In this document: positions 53,937 through 62,986 of the stretch, one piece after another
How positions within the stretch are numbered: the first letter of the stretch is position 1
Layout: every line of letters starts with the position of its first letter
Assembly (NCBI GenBank): GCA_963831005.1
Contig: CAWHOW010000016.1
Span: 71,934 to 135,933 of the forward strand
Length of the DNA: 64,000 bases
Origin: an uncultured Bacteroidota bacterium
GTDB taxonomy: Bacteria; Bacteroidota; Bacteroidia; Bacteroidales; CG2-30-32-10
Reading direction: 5' to 3'
Made by a program: the position numbers and the translations under genes
Notes under the pieces: model-generated
The model's input: only the letters and a program-made list of their open reading frames with translations
What the model was told of the DNA's origin: nothing
Database searches by the model: none

Positions 53937-54206
53937 AGAATTGAATTTTATATTAAACAAATTCCGTTACAAAGATACGCAAAATAAAATACGAATGCAA
54001 TAACATTGGTAGGATAAATGAATTTGTTATTCCGTTCACTACAGAACCTGTTGATTATCTTGTCATTCATTGGTGAAAGATTTTGTTAAGTTTTGTTAAT
54101 TGAATTGTTAAAGAGAAATTTATTTTGTGCAACATCAGTTCATTTTACATGCTTTACTTTTTTTTAAGCTGCTTTACTTTGACATTTTTCTCCTCAATAA
54201 CGACAT

Positions 54207-54273
54207 CAAAAATATTCATTAATGGAGCATGATGAATTAAGATGAAATTAAACCCTGATTAATTTGGGATTAA
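54207..54273 (-). promoter_or_regulatory. -7 box TATTTTTG (54207-54214) with four ATTAA repeats at 11-bp period (54236, 54247, 54258, 54269)
   Basis: Direct reading; a second -7 box TATCTTTG lies at 53970-53977. Confidence 0.6.
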
Positions 54274-54669
54274 TACCTGAACGTTGTATTGAGATGATAG
54301 CTCCCTCAACTCGTTCATACCCGCCTTGATAACACGCATATTTATAACATATTGTTTTATTACAGTGTGCTCCCTCTCTTTAGAATATAGAATGCGCTTG
54401 GTCAGATTTATCAGAAGGGTAGGGGAGGGACAAAAAACATCTGAAAATTATCAATTAATGGCAACTTAATGAAATAGATAAGTTGGATTAAAATTCAGAG
54501 TATTTAGAGTTAAATCCTCTAAGTACTCTTTTTTACTTTATAATCTATACGCTAGTATTTCTGATCTGAAACACAAAGCTTGTAATCTATAACGCTAAGA
54601 ATGTTAGCATTGCTGCCTTTCAGCTTATCTTTACATCAAATCTTGTAATCTTTGACGCAAGGAATGTAA

Positions 54670-54985
54670 TTATTTCCGAAATGATTACAAGCATATCCGA
54701 AATGCTTCTAATTTATTCCGAAATAATTACAAGCATAGCGGAAACAATTACAAGCATAGCGGAAATAATTACAAGCACAGCGGAAATAATTACAGGCACA
54801 GCGGAAACAATTACAGGCACAGCGGAAACAATTACAAGCACAGCGGAAACAATTACAAGCACAGCGGAAACAATTACAAGCATAGCGGAAACAATTACAG
54901 GCATAGCGGAAATAATTACAAGCATAGCGGAAATGCTTCCTTGCACATCGGAAACAATTACAAGCATAGCCGAAATTATTACATT
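54670..54985. repeat. 21-bp tandem repeat, about 15 copies
   Basis: Unit GCGGAAAYAATTACARGCAYA, degenerate at both ends. Confidence 0.95.
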
Positions 54986-55325
54986 CCAGCCTCAAAATAT
55001 GCTTGCGGTGGTTTTTAAGAAGTTGCGCAACTGACAAAAAGGCGTGCGCTGTGGTTGCCACGATTTTGGAAAAGTAGCCAACTGACAAAAAGGCTTGCGG
55101 TGGCTGCCAGGCAGGAGCTAAGTTAGGCAGGGCAATGAGGAAATGTTTATAAAGAAATGCACGGGAAAAAAGTATGAATGGGGAAATGATGAGAATGCTA
55201 AAACTAACTTTACATGTATAATTAAATATTGTTTATCTGGTAGGTTTTAAAAACGGAATTATGCTGAACGCTGAATTTTTTAGTGACAATTTATACTAAC
55301 TAAAGCAAAAATATCTAATTTTAAT

Positions 55326-55577
55326 GTGTTAAATAATATATTGATTAAGGATATTGCTATTGTACATGCAGAGTTGTTATTTATTCACCCTTTCAGGGAA
55401 GGTAATGGACGGGCTTCACGCTTGCTTGCTACTTTAATGGCAGCAAAAGCAGGGCATAATCTTGTTGGTCTTGAAAAATTCCGTAAGGATAATTTTGATG
55501 AGTATATTGCAGCAATTCATCAGGCTGCTGATAAGAAATATGATAAAATGATTGCTGTTATTTCTTCGCTTTTTTAA
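55326..55577 (+). pseudogene. Fic-domain protein, 5'-truncated remnant
   Basis: HPFREGNGRASR catalytic motif; only about 83 codons, N-terminal helices missing. Confidence 0.8.
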
Positions 55578-55713
55578 TCCTTGCCAAAGCTTTTTTAAAT
55601 ACGTCCTTAGCTTCTTCAAGCGAAAATTTGATATTCTCCAGTTCAAAGGATTTAATTACTCCCTGGAAAATTTCCTCGTCAGTAGGTTTATATATCTTGA
55701 TTGTTTTAGGCAT
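55558..55713 (-). CDS. Small VbhA-like antitoxin (51 aa)
   Basis: SFELEN fits the (S/T)xxxE(G/N) Fic-inhibition motif; -7 box TATATTTG just upstream. Confidence 0.6.
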   Translation of the reverse strand: MPKTIKIYKPTDEEIFQGVIKSFELENIKFSLEEAKDVFKKALARIKKAKK

Positions 55714-56028
55714 GATTTGTTTATGGATACAAATATACATAAAATTTCTATTACGGTTCAATAGTACCTGAAAATTGTATCTGATGCTTATTCATCGTCA
55801 TTAGATCATTTCCTATTCTTGTAGTAATAACTATGAATAACAATGTGTGATCATGAATGACATACTGCAAAGCGGGATAAACTCTAAAAATGACAATAAT
55901 TAAGTATCAGCGTTAATCAGCATTTTCAGTGTTATCAGCGTTCCTATTAAAGAGAGGTTGAACATTCAATTTAAGAAAGCGAACTAACACTTAATACCTC
56001 GTGGATAAAATTGTACAGTGTTATGGAA

Positions 56029-56868
56029 TTAATATTCCGTAGGAAGTTCTTTAAGCTGCTTATATGTAAAAACGGGTCCGTCCTTGCAAACAAAAATTTT
56101 ACCCACATTACATCTGCCGCATTTCCCGAAGCCGCACTTCATGCGATTTTCGAGAGTGGTATAAATATTTCCGTCTTCAAAACCCAATTTATCCAGCACA
56201 GCAAAAGAATATTTTATCATAATAGGTGGGCCGCAAACAATGGCAATTGTATTTTCAGCGGAGGGTTCAATATCCTGTAGTATCTTAGGCACAAAACCAA
56301 CTTTACCTTTCCATGCGGGAGATTCACGCCCCGGGTCAATGGTTGTTATCAGATCTATATCCGGCCTTTCATCCCAATTTCTCAATTCATCTTTATAAAC
56401 TAAATCATCAGGAGTTTTAGCTCCATACAGGATAGTTATTTTTTTGTAATCATCTCTGAAATCAAGGCAGTTTTGTATAACGCTTCTCATAGGGGGCAAC
56501 GCAATACCGCCGGCAACAAACAACAGGTTCTTATCTTTCCATTCATGTATAGGAAAGTTATTACCATAAGGGCCGCGAAAGCCAATTATATCGCCTTCGG
56601 CTTTCATGGCTAAAGCTGTAGTAACTTTGCCCGAATATCGGAAGGTGCATTCAATATGATCGGTAGTGGTAGGGGATGAGGCTATGCAAAAAGTTGATTC
56701 ACCTTCGCCAAAGGCAGAGTATTCGGCAAACTGACCTGTTTTAAAAATGAATTTATTTCCCTGTTCTTCATCAATGAATTTTAAATGAAATGTTTTGATG
56801 AAAGGCGCTTCTTCGATGATCTTATCAACACGCATGAGGGAAGGAAGGTATATGTCGTTTTCGCTCAT
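56029..56868 (-). CDS. FlxA/AsrB/HydG-like FAD/NAD(P)-binding [2Fe-2S] subunit
   Basis: GQF, RGPYGN, AGGIALPP, CGPPIM, MKCGFGKCGRC...VCKDGPVF. Confidence 0.92.
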   Translation of the reverse strand: MSENDIYLPSLMRVDKIIEEAPFIKTFHLKFIDEEQGNKFIFKTGQFAEYSAFGEGESTFCIASSPTTTDHIECTFRYSGKVTTALAMKAEGDIIGFRGPYGNNFPIHEWKDKNLLFVAGGIALPPMRSVIQNCLDFRDDYKKITILYGAKTPDDLVYKDELRNWDERPDIDLITTIDPGRESPAWKGKVGFVPKILQDIEPSAENTIAIVCGPPIMIKYSFAVLDKLGFEDGNIYTTLENRMKCGFGKCGRCNVGKIFVCKDGPVFTYKQLKELPTEY

Positions 56869-56890
56869 TTGTTTATTTTTTTAAATTACA

Positions 56891-56978
56891 TGCCTGCCTG
56901 TCTTCGAGACGTCCCGCGTCATCTTGAGGAGAGAACCGTCTCGAAAGAAAGCGGGACTCCTCTGACTGACGGCAGGCA
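56891..56978. repeat. GC-rich palindromic (REP/MITE-like) insertion inside the operon
   Basis: Ends TGCCTGCCTGTC / GACGGCAGGCA; inner TTCGAGACG/CGTCTCGAA and GTCCCGC/GCGGGAC arms. Confidence 0.65.
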
Positions 56979-57015
56979 GTGTTGTTGTGAAATTTATTGT
57001 TCATAGCATTTCATC

Positions 57016-58035
57016 TCAGATATTTTTTGCCAGGTTAATAAGATGTTCTTTAATATTCATGTCAACAGGACAGGCCCTTGTACATCTTCCGCAACCCGTG
57101 CAACCATATAACTGGAATTGTTCTGGCATATAATAAAATTTATGAAGTATGCGCTGCCTCCATCTTTTGCTTTGCACATCACGGGGATTATGCCCTGAAG
57201 AATGAAGCGTGAACAATGAAAACCCGCAGGAATCCCAATTGCGTTTTCGCTGCACATCATGTCCGTCTGATGAATCCTGTATATCAAAACATGCACAGGT
57301 AGGACAAGCATAAGCACAACTCCCGCATCCTATACATCTCATAGATTGTTCGAGCCATATAGGGCTATCAAAAGAATCTTTTATTTTTCCGCCAAAATCA
57401 TTTAATTCAAAAGCAACAGGAACCTCTGCAAGATAACTATCCTTATTGATGTCAGGTGCATTATCAAAATAACTTTGGTATGAAGAGACAATCTTTTGTC
57501 CTTTTTCTGTCATTACTTCAACCAGGTAATTTCCATTCTCAACTTCAGTTAACAACATATCGCTTCCATCAGTATTGCCGGGGTTGATTCCCATGCTGGT
57601 ACAAAAACATTTTGAATCACATTTCTTACAACTAACACTGATGAGAGTGGTTTTTGCAAAACGTTCGGCAAACAGCTGGTCAGTGATTCCTGATGTGAAC
57701 ATTTTATTCAGGATATTTATTCCAGTGGCATCACATGGCCGCGAACCATAAACAATTGTTTCGCTGATCAGGTTTTTATCTCTTGATTTTAATTCAACAT
57801 TGTCTTTCGACATTTTAATTTCCATCAGTTTCTCAGCCTTTGGAAAGAGTATGGATTTAGCTGACTGGGAAGTATTGATATGATCATTACTGATTTCCTG
57901 AAAGGATGAAATGAAGTCGAAATTTACAAGATTGTTTTTCTTTACAGGGGCATAAACTTTCCTCCCGTCTTCTAAACATTTTCCAATGAGAGAAGATAAT
58001 TTTTCCTTTTCTATGAAATACTTTTGAATATCCAT
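57016..58035 (-). CDS. FlxB/AsrA-like 4Fe-4S subunit
   Basis: GSRPCD, CKKCDSKCFC, CIGCGSCAYACPTCACF, WDSC, CTGCGRCTRACP. Confidence 0.9.
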   Translation of the reverse strand: MDIQKYFIEKEKLSSLIGKCLEDGRKVYAPVKKNNLVNFDFISSFQEISNDHINTSQSAKSILFPKAEKLMEIKMSKDNVELKSRDKNLISETIVYGSRPCDATGINILNKMFTSGITDQLFAERFAKTTLISVSCKKCDSKCFCTSMGINPGNTDGSDMLLTEVENGNYLVEVMTEKGQKIVSSYQSYFDNAPDINKDSYLAEVPVAFELNDFGGKIKDSFDSPIWLEQSMRCIGCGSCAYACPTCACFDIQDSSDGHDVQRKRNWDSCGFSLFTLHSSGHNPRDVQSKRWRQRILHKFYYMPEQFQLYGCTGCGRCTRACPVDMNIKEHLINLAKNI

Positions 58036-58038
58036 GTT

Positions 58039-58890
58039 TTATTGGATAAAGTTTTCTTTATCGTCGGGTTTAAATGTTGACATGACCGAACCCAGCTTTG
58101 CATCAGTTCCGGCAGTTACACCAAAGTTATCTTTTACAGTTTGCGACATTTTGAATGTTAACAGGTGTACCGGAATTTTCATACTGCAGGCGCGTCCACA
58201 TTCACCGCATTCAATACATCTTCCGGCAAGATGAATAGCCCTCATAAAATGCCATTCGAAATTGCCCTGGGTTGTCGATTCGGGAGTAATGATCTGCGGC
58301 TGATTATATTCAACCTGGCATTTGCTGCAATAACATAATGGGCATGCTGAACGACAGGCATAACATTTATTGCATCTGGCAAACTGCTCTGTCCAGAAAT
58401 TCCAGCGTTCTTCTGCTGTCATGCCATCAAGCTTATCAAGTAATTCCTTATCTTCCGCAGAAATGCCTGAATTATTTGTATGTACATATTCCTGCAGATC
58501 GCTGAACCCTGTAAATTCTTTAATTGAGCCATCTGCAGTAATTCCTAATATCAATATTTTTTCTTCTTTCAGATGATTTTCAGAAGCTAACTGCAGAATA
58601 GTGCGCATAATAGGTAGTGTAGCAATAATACCTATTCGGGTGAACTTCAGAATTTCTTGTTTCAATAAATAAACAGCAAGATTTTGAAGGCATCTTTCAT
58701 CATAAATAAGTTCAGATGTATTATCAGGAGTTGTAATGAAAATGGCACGCACGGTATTATCCGTGCCTTCTCCATACCCTATGATAATATCCACAGCCTT
58801 GTTCTGCAAAAGATCTTTTGCTTTGTTTTGCAGCCTGGTTCTGTTTATATCTTCGGCTAATTTTATTTCAACATCGCTTATTTCCGTCAT
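58039..58890 (-). CDS. FlxC-like (FrhB/FdhB-related) 4Fe-4S subunit
   Basis: RCNKCYACRSACPLCYCSKC, HLAGRCIECGECGRAC. Confidence 0.88.
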   Translation of the reverse strand: MTEISDVEIKLAEDINRTRLQNKAKDLLQNKAVDIIIGYGEGTDNTVRAIFITTPDNTSELIYDERCLQNLAVYLLKQEILKFTRIGIIATLPIMRTILQLASENHLKEEKILILGITADGSIKEFTGFSDLQEYVHTNNSGISAEDKELLDKLDGMTAEERWNFWTEQFARCNKCYACRSACPLCYCSKCQVEYNQPQIITPESTTQGNFEWHFMRAIHLAGRCIECGECGRACSMKIPVHLLTFKMSQTVKDNFGVTAGTDAKLGSVMSTFKPDDKENFIQ

Positions 58891-59333
58891 ACAATAGCTT
58901 CAATAAAATTGGTTGTTGATAAATTACGAAATGAGTTATAAGCTCCGAGTTTTTTAATTTCCTCAGTAAAATTATTTACTATTTCAGCCCATCGTGCACC
59001 TTCTGCAGCAGATACCCATGAGAACATAACCCTGTTCACATCAATTCCTGTGAATTTAGCAAGGTCTCTGAATATGATCCATCTTCTTCTTGCATGAAAA
59101 TTTCCGCTGGTATAATGACAATCATTAGGGTGACATCCGGAAACGATAATTCCATCCGCTCCAAGAGTAAATGCTTTAATAAGCATCATGAAGTCTATTC
59201 TTCCTGTGCAGGGGGCGCGAATTATCCTCACATTGGATGCATATTTTATCCTGCTTGTGCCAGCAAGGTCAGCACCGGCATAGGTACACCATGTGCAGAC
59301 AAAAGCAACTATCTTAGGTTTATATTCGCTCAT
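58887..59333 (-). CDS. mvhD: MvhD/FlxD [2Fe-2S] subunit
   Basis: FVCTWCTYAGADLAG, PCTGRID, GCHPNDCHY, WVSAAEG. Confidence 0.93.
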   Translation of the reverse strand: MSEYKPKIVAFVCTWCTYAGADLAGTSRIKYASNVRIIRAPCTGRIDFMMLIKAFTLGADGIIVSGCHPNDCHYTSGNFHARRRWIIFRDLAKFTGIDVNRVMFSWVSAAEGARWAEIVNNFTEEIKKLGAYNSFRNLSTTNFIEAIV

Positions 59334-59337
59334 ACAT

Positions 59338-61056
59338 TTACTCCCTTAATAAAAGTTCTGTAAGTTCCGACAACATCTGTTTGTTCGAGCAACCCTGAAG
59401 GTCTATAGCTTTTGGGCGACACAAAGAGACACAGGTTCCGCAACCCTGACACAGCACATCGTTTACAACCGATACGTTTTTTTTATCATCAAAGCCAATG
59501 GCGTCGTAAGGACAAACACTGATACACATTTGACATCCGTTACATATTGTACTGTTCACATAGGCTGTAGTTAATGCAATATTCACAGTGCCTCTTGAAA
59601 TCAATGACAACACCCTTGCTGATGCCGCTCTTGCCTGCGAAACACAATCTGCCATATCTTTCGGGCTTGCACAACTTCCGGCGATAAAAACTCCGTTTGT
59701 GGTTGTTGCAACAGGATCAAGCTTTGGATGCTTTTCAATAAAAAAATGATTATCATCTATACTAATTCCTGCTATTTGTCCGGTTTCACGGGCATTGTCC
59801 TGTCCTTCCATTGCTGTCATTAGTATTACCATGTCAGCAGGAATTCTCACAGATTCACCTGAAAGCAATTCGTCAACATCCACATACATATCACAACAAT
59901 CACCTTTATCAGCCTTTTTAATTTCAGGCATTCCGTTCTTCTGGTCGAACATCATAAACATTATTCTTCTTCGTGAAGAAGCAGTGTACATTTCTTCACA
60001 ACCTTTCGACATGCTGCGCATATCGGAATATAATTCATAGATGTGCGAATCAGGAAGAGCAGATCTTAACTGGTTAGCAAATTTTAATGCTACAGTGCAG
60101 CAAACCCTCGAACAGTATTTGTGATAATTACTGTTCCTGCTTCCCACGCAATGTACGATAGCAATATTTTGCGGAACTTTGCCATTCTTTTTAATAATAT
60201 TACCTGACTTCAGCATCGTTTCGAATTCTGATGAAGTGATAACATCTGGAAATTTACCATAGCCGTAATTTTCTATCACAGATGGATCATAAGCTTTCAG
60301 TCCGGTTGCAATAATAATATTTCCGAAACTTATCATTTTCTCTATTCCTTTATAGGAAATCAAAGTTTCGAAATTTCCAATGTAGCCTGATATTTCTTTT
60401 ATTTCAGTATTAAGAAAAACGTCAATATTTTTATGATTGATCACCCTGCTTATCAGAGGATAAATTAATTGTGAAACACTTGTAAAATAAGGGAATGTAA
60501 GGTCAATATTAGAAGCATGGCCACCTAACTTGTCAGTGTTCTCTACAAGGAATATCTTTTTCCCTGCATCTGCAATTTCCAATGCAGCAGTGATGCCTGT
60601 AATACCTCCTCCAATAATCATCGTAGCCGGGTGAATATTAACAGAACGTTCATCAAGCGGTACATGGTAGTTTATCCTGTTTATGGCGGCTGCAACAAGA
60701 GCCCTCGATTTAGTAGTAGCTTCAGTTTTATCAGTATGCACCCACGACACATGTTCACGGATATTGGCCATTTGAAGCATATACGGATTCAAACCCGCCT
60801 TAACTAAAGCTTTCCTGAATGTGAGTTCATGAATGCGCGGAGAGCAGGCTGACACAACTATCCTGTTAAGCCTGTTTTCTTTAATATCTTTTATGATTAA
60901 ATCTTGTCCGGGATCTGAACACATATATTTATATGTCTTTGAAATGACGACATTGGGAGCCTTCATCATTTCTGCAGCAACAGCTTCCACATCAACCATC
61001 TTGGCGATGTTATTACCGCACCAGCAAACATATACACCTATCCTCGGTTTTTCCAT
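59338..61056 (-). CDS. hdrA: HdrA-like flavoprotein (short form)
   Basis: IGVYVCWCG, MCSDPGQ, ACSPRIHE, ANIREHVSWVH, IGGGITG, CVGSR..YCSRVCC, two C-terminal 4Fe-4S motifs. Confidence 0.92.
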   Translation of the reverse strand: MEKPRIGVYVCWCGNNIAKMVDVEAVAAEMMKAPNVVISKTYKYMCSDPGQDLIIKDIKENRLNRIVVSACSPRIHELTFRKALVKAGLNPYMLQMANIREHVSWVHTDKTEATTKSRALVAAAINRINYHVPLDERSVNIHPATMIIGGGITGITAALEIADAGKKIFLVENTDKLGGHASNIDLTFPYFTSVSQLIYPLISRVINHKNIDVFLNTEIKEISGYIGNFETLISYKGIEKMISFGNIIIATGLKAYDPSVIENYGYGKFPDVITSSEFETMLKSGNIIKKNGKVPQNIAIVHCVGSRNSNYHKYCSRVCCTVALKFANQLRSALPDSHIYELYSDMRSMSKGCEEMYTASSRRRIMFMMFDQKNGMPEIKKADKGDCCDMYVDVDELLSGESVRIPADMVILMTAMEGQDNARETGQIAGISIDDNHFFIEKHPKLDPVATTTNGVFIAGSCASPKDMADCVSQARAASARVLSLISRGTVNIALTTAYVNSTICNGCQMCISVCPYDAIGFDDKKNVSVVNDVLCQGCGTCVSLCRPKAIDLQGCSNKQMLSELTELLLRE

Positions 61057-61082
61057 CAGATTTGCTATAATGGGATTATTGA

Positions 61083-61529
61083 TTAATATCCATAACCTGA
61101 TCCCGATATATAATTTTGCAGATCATCGATGGTCGTTTTTTGTGATTGGATAATTCTGTTTACAATATCTCCGATTGAAATAAGTCCGCATAGCTTGTCA
61201 TCCTTGAACACCGGAAGATGCCTGAAACGGTTTTCTGTCATTATTTCCATGCAATCCATAATGGATGTTTCAGGATTTACAACTTTCAAATTGGTACTCA
61301 TATATTCTTTTACTTTTGATTCTTTAGAAAAGTGCCCTTTAAGTATCAGTTTACGGGCATAATCTCTCTCCGTAAAAATGCCAACTAATTTTTGATTGTC
61401 ATCAACTACCAACACAGCACCGATATGCTTTTCTGCAAGCATTACAAGAGCATCATAAACTGTTGCTTCGTTATTTATTGTCCAGCATTGGTTTCCTTTG
61501 GTTTCTAATATTCTTTTTACAGTTCCCAT
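61083..61529 (-). CDS. CBS-domain pair protein
   Basis: IGAVLVV, GIFTERDYARK, FRHLPV, GLISIGDIV. Confidence 0.93.
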   Translation of the reverse strand: MGTVKRILETKGNQCWTINNEATVYDALVMLAEKHIGAVLVVDDNQKLVGIFTERDYARKLILKGHFSKESKVKEYMSTNLKVVNPETSIMDCMEIMTENRFRHLPVFKDDKLCGLISIGDIVNRIIQSQKTTIDDLQNYISGSGYGY

Positions 61530-61577
61530 GAGAGATTTTTTTAATTAATAATTTGGTGATTTATTTAAAACTACATA

Positions 61578-61604
61578 TCCTATAATAAATATAGTACAAA
61601 AATA
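61578..61604 (-). promoter_or_regulatory. -7 box TATTTTTG (61597-61604) directly followed by operator TACTAT-N7-ATAGGA (61578-61596)
   Basis: Same promoter/operator juxtaposition as at 53-79. Confidence 0.7.
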
Positions 61605-61790
61605 AATGATTTATTAATAATTTGCAAGAAAAATCGTGTTATTTATTGTTAAATGAAATAAAAATCCACGGCAAATTTACTGAAGGAAAAGGATATGAGA
61701 ATATAAAAGCTTATTTGTTTATCAAAGCCCTACTATAGGTCATCATACATTGTGTCAATTTTATAACAGAACCAAGACAAGTATGTAAAT

Positions 61791-61905
61791 AAAAAAGCCC
61801 TGCCGGAAACGGCGGGGCTTAATGCTACGAAAACAACATCGACCAAATAATTCACACTTGTATAACCTTAAATATCTGCAAGCAAAAATCTTCAACGCTT
61901 ACACT
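61791..61905 (-). ncRNA. Candidate small RNA (about 115 nt)
   Basis: -7 box TATATTTG at 61910-61917 and strong terminator AAGCCCCGCCG..CGGCAGGGCTTTTTT at 61791-61820, no annotated ORF between. Confidence 0.5.
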
Positions 61906-62176
61906 CCTGCAAATATAAGACTTGAATGAACCTACATATACTCCCTTCGTAAGTGAATTTCTTAACTGAATTTATTGTAAGTCCTATCAGTAAAGAAAAT
62001 GCATTTTTAAAATTACTTCTTGTTAAGCATGTTTCTTATTGTTTTTCAGTTATGACACTTATGTTTTTTCCGTTATGGCACTTATGCTTTTTCAGTAGCT
62101 ATATCCTTGTTTATTTATGAGGCTCAAATTAGTTTTGCGCAGTCATTTGATAATCCCTTCACAAATCGATAATAGT

Positions 62177-62932
62177 ATGAAAAAAACACAGGTATTTATT
62201 ATAGCGGTTTCTTTTATTATTCTTTCAGGAAGTAGCGTAATAGCACAAACTAAAGATACTTCGAAGATCAATGTAACAACTGATTTTTTCAGCCGCTATA
62301 TATGGCGCGGATTGGATTACGGAAAAGCACCAAGTATTCAGCCAACCTTATCATATATAAAAGGTGGTTTTGAAATAGGTGCATGGGGCGCATTCAGCAC
62401 CACAGGTAGTTATCATGAATTGGACCCTTATGCAAAGTACACGCTGAAAGGCTTCACTTTAACATTTACTGATTATTTTGTCAATAATAATGCAATGGAT
62501 CCTAACAATACTAAATATTTTGATTACAGTCAGTGGACAACTAACCATCAGTTCGAAGGTTCACTACAATATAAAGGGCCCGATAAATTCCCAATCAGCA
62601 TACTTGTTGCAACTTATTTCTACGGTAACGACAAGAAAGTAAAAATAGATTCTTCAAATATAAGTAACATTACAACTACCGTTTCTCAGAATTATTCAAC
62701 TTATATTGAATTAGGATATACTGTAAAATGCAAGAATAAATCGTTCGATACATTCCTTGGCTTAACTCCTTTTTCAGGGGCTTATGGAAACACATTCGGT
62801 GTAGTGAATTTAGGACTTACATGTTACAGGAGTATTGACATTTCCAGTAAATTCTCACTTCCCGTAAAAGCATCTTTGATTGCTAATCCACAGGCAAGGA
62901 ACCTTTATTTCATATTTGGGTTCACATTATAG
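62177..62932 (+). CDS. Outer-membrane beta-barrel, TorF/TIGR02001-like putative porin
   Basis: Signal peptide, SRYIWRG...PSIQP, FEIGAWG, terminal FGFTL; upstream of amt. Confidence 0.8.
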   Translation: MKKTQVFIIAVSFIILSGSSVIAQTKDTSKINVTTDFFSRYIWRGLDYGKAPSIQPTLSYIKGGFEIGAWGAFSTTGSYHELDPYAKYTLKGFTLTFTDYFVNNNAMDPNNTKYFDYSQWTTNHQFEGSLQYKGPDKFPISILVATYFYGNDKKVKIDSSNISNITTTVSQNYSTYIELGYTVKCKNKSFDTFLGLTPFSGAYGNTFGVVNLGLTCYRSIDISSKFSLPVKASLIANPQARNLYFIFGFTL

Positions 62933-62986
62933 AAAAGAATAATCAAGAACAGTAAATAATTAATTCTAAACCAAATACTATAAACT

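Noticed and set aside
53996-54014. Fifth Rrf2-type operator upstream of acnA (TGCAAT-N7-GTAGGA)
   Set aside because: Only one half-site matches reasonably; too weak without a PWM
54681-55088. ORFs 54681-55034, 54708-55088, 54713-54967 (and 28763-29035) as proteins
   Set aside because: Open frames arise from stop-free 21-bp repeats; no independent coding evidence
28655-55945. 7-9-bp micro-repeats (28655-28686, 32092-32122, 32985-33010, 55906-55942)
   Set aside because: Short low-complexity intergenic repeats; no specific function can be supported
58887-61056. Selenocysteine recoding in mvhD/hdrA
   Set aside because: ORFs are uninterrupted with Cys codons; no in-frame TGA
62075-62092. Sigma-54 promoter at TGGCAC upstream of amt operon
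   Set aside because: No GC at the required -12 spacing
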